DNA of 64,000 bases, taken from contig JBOEGF010000004.1 of NCBI GenBank assembly GCA_050633305.1, positions 64,001 through 128,000 of the forward strand, given 5' to 3'. Position 1 is the stretch's first letter. Every line of letters starts with the position of its first letter. The stretch comes from Nannocystales bacterium (GTDB taxonomy: Bacteria > Myxococcota_A > Polyangia > Nannocystales > Nannocystaceae). Both the position numbers and the translations under genes were made by a program. Shown here piece after piece: positions 58,999-64,000 of this stretch. A model generated the notes under the pieces. The model had not been told where the DNA came from and searched no databases. It saw only the letters and a program-made list of their open reading frames with translations.

Positions 58999-61353
58999 CT
59001 AGCAGAGTTCGAAGCGTCCCCGGGAACGGGTGACGGTGATCTCCGTGCCCGCGCGCAGCCGACCTCGAAGGACGGCATCCGCCAGCAAGGACTCGACCTC
59101 GCGGACCAGCAGGTGCCGCAGAGGGCGGGCACCGAGGGCGGGGTCTCGTCCCGCGATCTCGACGAGCGCGTCCGTGGCCTTGTCGTCGAGGGTGTAGCGG
59201 ATCCCGCGCTCCTTGAAGAGGCGGTCGCTCGAGGCTCGTGCGAGCCGGGTGCAGATCCGTGCGAGGTCGTGAGACGCCAGCGGGTGCATCACCAGCGGGG
59301 CTTCGATGCGGTTCCACAGCTCGACGGGGAAGGCCGCGCGGGCCGAAGCCAAGGCCGCCGCCTCGTCCATCCGGGGCCCGTGCGGCGTCTGTGCGACATG
59401 CCCCGAGCCGAGGTTGCTGGTCATCACCAACACGGCGTGCCGAAAGTCGACCGTGCGTCCTCGGCCATCCGTCAGCCGGCCCTCATCGAACACCTGCAGC
59501 AGGAGCTGGTGGACGTCTCGGTGGGCCTTCTCGATCTCATCGAGCAAGACGACGCAGTGCGGGCGGCGAAGCAGGGGATCGGTGAGCGCTCCGCCTTGCT
59601 CGTGTCCGACGTATCCCGGAGGCGCACCGACCACCCGTGCCACCGAATGGCTCTCGGAGTACTCCGACATGTCGAGGCGGAACAGGGCGGCGTCATCGTC
59701 GAACAGGGCGCCGGCCAGGGCCTTGGCGAGTTCGGTCTTGCCCACACCGCTGGGGCCGAGCAACAGCGTGGTGAGGACCGGTCGTTGCCCGCCGAACCCG
59801 GCGCGGTTGCGACGCACGAGTTGCGCGAGCGTTGCCGTCGCGTCCGCGTGTCCGATGACCTGGTCGCTGAGCCGCTGGTCCAGGTCGAGAACATCGTGGT
59901 CTCCGCGTGCTTCGATGCGAGCGGGAGACAAGCCGCTCCGCTCGGAGACGATCTGCAAGACGTGGTCGCGCCGAACGGTCGCGTGGGGGCTTCGACGTGC
60001 GCGCGCACAGGCGAGATCGAGGAGGTCGAGCGCGCGGGCGGGCATCGCCAGGCCGGTGAGGTATCGCTCCGCCCAACGGGTCACCTCTGCCAAGCGGAGG
60101 TCGGGGCCCAGCGGAATCGAGTGCTGTTGCAGCACGTTGCGGCTCGCCGACTTTACCGCGGCACTGAGTGGAGCCCCGCGGAGCGGCTCGATGGTGATCG
60201 CGTCCGCGGTCTGCAGTGCGCCGGGCAACCAGTTCGCGAGCCGGCCGTGCCCCTCGGAAGAGACGATCGTCAGGACTCGGGGCGTCGCCTGGGTCCAGGC
60301 ATGGCTGAGCGCACCCAAGAAGGCGGGCGCGACCTCCGAGGGCACCCGGTCGAGGTCGTCGAACACAACGATGCCGCCGCGCTCTGCGACGGCCTCCAGG
60401 TCCTCGGCGAGCGCGCTTTCGCTGTCATAGGCGGAGGCGAGCAGACGATAGACCGGCGCCTCGAAGTGTGTGGCGAGGTGCTGCGCCAGGAGGCTGCGGC
60501 CGCTGCCCGGCGGTCCCACGAGCAACGGGACTCGGACGCCTCGGCGGCCCAGCGCATCGCACAGTTGGTCGAGTTCGCGGGGGCGCCCCTCGAGCGGGGG
60601 GAGCTGCTCGGGATCGACCCGGCGCTCTTCCAGGTCCAGGTGAGGCGGCGGCGCTTCAGGAGCGTCTTGGGGGGCCAGCGTCGTTTCCACCTCGACGGCG
60701 GGGGTGGGGGCTGACTCCGCAGCGCGAGTCGACGCGCGAATCCCGGCCCGAATGATCGGGCGACGGGCGGGCGCGTTTTCGGCGGGCGGGCGCCGCGAGT
60801 TCACCGCCGGAGCCGCAGGGGCGGGCGCCGCGGCGGGTGCGTCGTCGGGCCCACGCGGCGTTCGCCGGGGGCGCGTACGCACGTGAGGCGAGGAGGGGCG
60901 CCGGTCCCGGGCCATGCGAGCGCCTCCGGGCCGACCCGACTCGGCGTGCCCGCGCGGGGGCGTGACCGTTCGCTCCGCGTTTCGCAGCAACAAGATGACT
61001 TCGCGGCGCAGGGCCGAGCACTGCAGCCCGACCTGTTCGAGGAGCTGGTACGCGTGGCACTCCGCGGTCCTGCATATCGCGAGTAGCTGTTCCAGGTCAC
61101 CGGGGCCGCCGCCGCGCGCTTCGAGTCGATGCCTCCAGTCCGCCGATTCGGGACCGAGCACCGCGTCGAGGTCGCGCCGCGCGGCGAGCAACTGGCCGGG
61201 GCTGACGCCGAAGCGCCCCAGCAGCTCGCCGACCGGATCCCGAGTGCCGAGATCCTGAAGGAGATCACACGAACTCTCCGGCCCGAGCTGGGCCGGTCCC
61301 CGCATCCGCGCGCTGGTTCGCAGAGGCGTATCGAGCTCTTGCAAACGTGCCAT
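58999..61353 (-). CDS. Clp/Hsp100-family AAA+ ATPase with degenerate first AAA module
   Basis: D2: VIGH, GPSGVGKTELAK, RLDMSEY, GAPPGYVG, LLDEIEKAH, GARPLR; D1: GPPGSGRS, VFDDLD, PARALDLLD; start inferred. Confidence 0.85.
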   Translation of the reverse strand: MARLQELDTPLRTSARMRGPAQLGPESSCDLLQDLGTRDPVGELLGRFGVSPGQLLAARRDLDAVLGPESADWRHRLEARGGGPGDLEQLLAICRTAECHAYQLLEQVGLQCSALRREVILLLRNAERTVTPPRGHAESGRPGGARMARDRRPSSPHVRTRPRRTPRGPDDAPAAAPAPAAPAVNSRRPPAENAPARRPIIRAGIRASTRAAESAPTPAVEVETTLAPQDAPEAPPPHLDLEERRVDPEQLPPLEGRPRELDQLCDALGRRGVRVPLLVGPPGSGRSLLAQHLATHFEAPVYRLLASAYDSESALAEDLEAVAERGGIVVFDDLDRVPSEVAPAFLGALSHAWTQATPRVLTIVSSEGHGRLANWLPGALQTADAITIEPLRGAPLSAAVKSASRNVLQQHSIPLGPDLRLAEVTRWAERYLTGLAMPARALDLLDLACARARRSPHATVRRDHVLQIVSERSGLSPARIEARGDHDVLDLDQRLSDQVIGHADATATLAQLVRRNRAGFGGQRPVLTTLLLGPSGVGKTELAKALAGALFDDDAALFRLDMSEYSESHSVARVVGAPPGYVGHEQGGALTDPLLRRPHCVVLLDEIEKAHRDVHQLLLQVFDEGRLTDGRGRTVDFRHAVLVMTSNLGSGHVAQTPHGPRMDEAAALASARAAFPVELWNRIEAPLVMHPLASHDLARICTRLARASSDRLFKERGIRYTLDDKATDALVEIAGRDPALGARPLRHLLVREVESLLADAVLRGRLRAGTEITVTRSRGRFELC

Positions 61354-61495
61354 CGTGCACGAACGTACAGCCGCAACGGTCTTGCCCCCAAAAAGCCGCG
61401 AACTCGGGCCGTCCTCGCGGGCGGAGTCGTGCCGTCGGGCGCTCGGGGCAGGGCCACTCAAGGTCCCGCGTGGCCCGTCGATGACCCGAAGTGCC

Positions 61496-62071
61496 ATGCA
61501 GTGGGTCAGGTCCAGGAAGTTCGCAGTTTGTTTGCGCCCTCGTCGTCGCAACGGCTGGCTGTTCGCTGCCGTCCTGGCGATGAGCGCTGCCGCGAGCCCA
61601 GCGTCGGCGACCCCGCAGGACTCGATGCTCGAGCTGCAGATCGAACTCGCAGAGCTGGTCGAGCAGGATGACGCTCAGAGCGTTTCCGCGCTTCGGGACC
61701 GGGTGGGGGAAGGACTGCCACCCGCCGCACTCACCGCGATGCTCGATGCGTGCCTCGAGCATCCCCGTTCGGACCTGGAACCGCTGCTGCGCGACCTCGC
61801 AGCGCACCGGACCGCGGCGATTCGAGCTCGGTCGCTCCTGGCGTGGGCGGGTCTGGGACCGGGCGAATCGGTCGACGCAATCGAGGCCGCCGCCGACGAC
61901 CGCGATGGCGGGGTGCGCCGACTGGCGGTTGTGCTCGCCACGCTGCACCCGAGCGAGCGGGCCGATGCCTTGGTGGCCCAGCTGCTCGAGCAGGATCCCG
62001 AGTTGGCCGAGGAAGTGGGCGGACAGGACCTGTCCGCACCAGAACAGATCGAGGACGGAGAAGGATCGTGA
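61496..62071 (+). CDS. Exported HEAT-like hypothetical protein
   Basis: Signal-like N-terminus, helical repeats; overlaps next gene start (GTGA). Confidence 0.6.
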   Translation: MQWVRSRKFAVCLRPRRRNGWLFAAVLAMSAAASPASATPQDSMLELQIELAELVEQDDAQSVSALRDRVGEGLPPAALTAMLDACLEHPRSDLEPLLRDLAAHRTAAIRARSLLAWAGLGPGESVDAIEAAADDRDGGVRRLAVVLATLHPSERADALVAQLLEQDPELAEEVGGQDLSAPEQIEDGEGS

Positions 62072-63927
62072 CCCGCGGGATTCTGCTCGCGCTGGGCCTC
62101 GGGCTCGGGTTGAGTGCCGGATGTGCCGGCCGGAAGCTGGCTGTCCACGCCGAGCCCGGGGGGAACTTGCTGGCGCTGACCGCCAAGCAGGGAGCCCGGG
62201 CCGACCGGCATCACCAAGACCGCCCGCTGGTCGTGATGATCGAGGATTCTGGGCTGCGCGCGGTCGATCCGGAGACCGCCAGTGACCGCTGGAGGTCCTC
62301 ACTTCGCGCCACCGGTCATCTCACCGCAAACGAGACCGCCGTTTTCGTGCCACTGTCGGGGCATCGGTTGGCCGCGCTGGATCGGGCGTCCGGTGCAGTG
62401 CTCTGGAAAATCGAGCTGCCTGGAGAGGCGCTGTCGGGAGTCGCCGCGAACGGACGGACCGTCGTCGTCAGCGTGCTCGACCACCACAAGGGCCGCTCTC
62501 GCGCCGTCGGCATCTCTGCGCTGGATGGCCAGATACGCTGGATGCGGCGCACGCAGGGACGCCTGGGAAGTCCGGCTGTGGTGGGTACGGTTGCGCTGGT
62601 CCCCGTCGGCAACCAGGTCGTGGCCCTGGGGACTCGAGCGGGTTGGGAGCGCGGTCGATTGGACCTTGGCGGTTCTGCCCCCCAAGGCGACGACATCATT
62701 CCCGCAGTCGAGCGGGTCAGTCGCGACGGCAAGGCGTTGTACGCGGGCACGAAGCGCGCGTGGGTAGACCTGCAGACCGCCACGTCGGGGCATCTCGATG
62801 GGCTCAGCGAGATTCAGGGCTACGGAGAAGTGTTCTCGACCAACGAGGGGCTCGATGCGGGTCACGCTGACGCGGAGCGCCTTCGATTGTGGGTGGACCT
62901 CTCGGCCACGACCGCCGGCCACCGCGACGCGGTTTTCGTGTGCCGCCGCGCGGTGGTTGCGATGCGTGTGGATGACGAGGGAACACCTCGGCTCGCCCAG
63001 TGGACCTACATCAGCTCCGGCCCCGAGTTCGTCGGGTTCGACGTTCGCGACGACCGCGTCGTGCTGGTGCGTGAAGACGGGCTGCTCGTCCAGCTCTCGC
63101 GGACCGACGGCGCCGAGCTGGATCGGGTCGCCGGCGCGGCCCCGACTCGCGGCGCATTGATGCTCGACCTGCCGGACACGCTCCAGACTCCCCGGCGACC
63201 CAAGCCTCAGCGGGAGCAACGGCTTGCGATGATGCGTGACCTCATCCTCGACGCCGACCCGCGGCTGGTTCCCGCGCAGCGCCTCGCGATCGAGATCCTG
63301 TGGCGAGACGATGACGCGGATGTGCGGGACGCGGTGGCCCGCATTGCGCATGGAGAAGTCCGCGACGAGCCGGGGGCTGCCTCCGCCGAGCTCCGTGCTC
63401 ACGCCGCCGAACGACTGGCCGAGCCTTGGGGCACCCCCGACGCCGACCAGATCGCGGCGCTGCGGAGGGAATTGGCGGCGCGGCCGTCGTTCCTCAGCGG
63501 TGTGAAGCCTCCGGTCGCGGTGTTGGCCCGTCGTGCGGTCGCCGCCGGGGAGCAGTCGATGGTCTCGGACCTGGTCGCACTGCTCAACCACCCCAGCACC
63601 GAGGCGGCCGATCTCGACCCTCTGGTCCGGGCGCTGGGTGAGCTGGGCACGCCCGAGGCGTTGGATGCCGTCTCGGCGTTCCTGAGGCGGTATCACGCGG
63701 ACGACGGGGTCTTGTACGAGTCCGCGGCGTTGACCTCAGCCGTCGACATCCTCTCAGGAGATGAGGCGCACGCCGAACTCCTGCGCGAGCTGCTCGGTGA
63801 CCCCTTCACCGCGCCGGGATTGCGTGATTACATCGCGGGCCGCGTGCCGCAGCAGGCACCGCGCAATGCCCCCGATGTCTCAGAGCACCCCCCCGAAATC
63901 GCGGCTCTATCAGCTCCGGGTCTGTGA
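62068..63927 (+). CDS. PQQ-like beta-propeller lipoprotein with helical C-terminal domain
   Basis: Lipobox LSAGC; repeats LAALDRASGAVLW, ISALDGQIRW, QLSRTDG; HEAT-like C-terminus. Confidence 0.75.
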   Translation: MTRGILLALGLGLGLSAGCAGRKLAVHAEPGGNLLALTAKQGARADRHHQDRPLVVMIEDSGLRAVDPETASDRWRSSLRATGHLTANETAVFVPLSGHRLAALDRASGAVLWKIELPGEALSGVAANGRTVVVSVLDHHKGRSRAVGISALDGQIRWMRRTQGRLGSPAVVGTVALVPVGNQVVALGTRAGWERGRLDLGGSAPQGDDIIPAVERVSRDGKALYAGTKRAWVDLQTATSGHLDGLSEIQGYGEVFSTNEGLDAGHADAERLRLWVDLSATTAGHRDAVFVCRRAVVAMRVDDEGTPRLAQWTYISSGPEFVGFDVRDDRVVLVREDGLLVQLSRTDGAELDRVAGAAPTRGALMLDLPDTLQTPRRPKPQREQRLAMMRDLILDADPRLVPAQRLAIEILWRDDDADVRDAVARIAHGEVRDEPGAASAELRAHAAERLAEPWGTPDADQIAALRRELAARPSFLSGVKPPVAVLARRAVAAGEQSMVSDLVALLNHPSTEAADLDPLVRALGELGTPEALDAVSAFLRRYHADDGVLYESAALTSAVDILSGDEAHAELLRELLGDPFTAPGLRDYIAGRVPQQAPRNAPDVSEHPPEIAALSAPGL

Positions 63928-64000
63928 TGGCCCCAGCTGCGGAGTCACCCATGAGAGCGAAGTCCTCGTCGAGTTGGCCGAGCAGGCCATCGAAGGCGAC

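Noticed and set aside
63927..64000. Possible gene start at the right edge
   Set aside because: Too short to assign frame, strand or function

Overview
High-GC bacterial chromosomal segment. Gene content (many Cys-rich lipoproteins, a Ser/Thr kinase-ECF sigma pair, HEAT proteins, a complete Na+-NQR operon) points to a probably marine myxobacterium (Nannocystaceae-like; inference). Most of it is housekeeping: uvrA (3' part), gloA, HMG-CoA lyase, iscS-mnmA, rnc, tilS-ftsH, nqrABCDEF-apbE-nqrM, mutS, PBP1A, and a Clp-like ATPase. I saw no rRNA, tRNA, CRISPR array or mobile element. The most unusual locus (about 4.9-13.2 kb) looks like a cell-surface polymer tailoring cluster. Its core is one polypeptide fusing an adenylation domain, three near-identical carrier domains and a multi-pass AT3/OpgC-like membrane acyltransferase. 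Around it are an asparagine-synthetase-like ligase lacking the glutaminase Cys, a PKD/beta-helix lipoprotein and a CapA-family lipoprotein. Other highlights: an RNase III with a natural E38A-equivalent signature change, a NadD-DUF2520(PanG-like) fusion, a membrane pseudokinase, a Clp ATPase with a degenerate first AAA module, a TetR double operator controlling ydhR-like/gloA, a recurring leaderless-type promoter layout, and several structured intergenic regions. Start codons were refined by eye and family calls rest on motif recognition only; no database searches were run.
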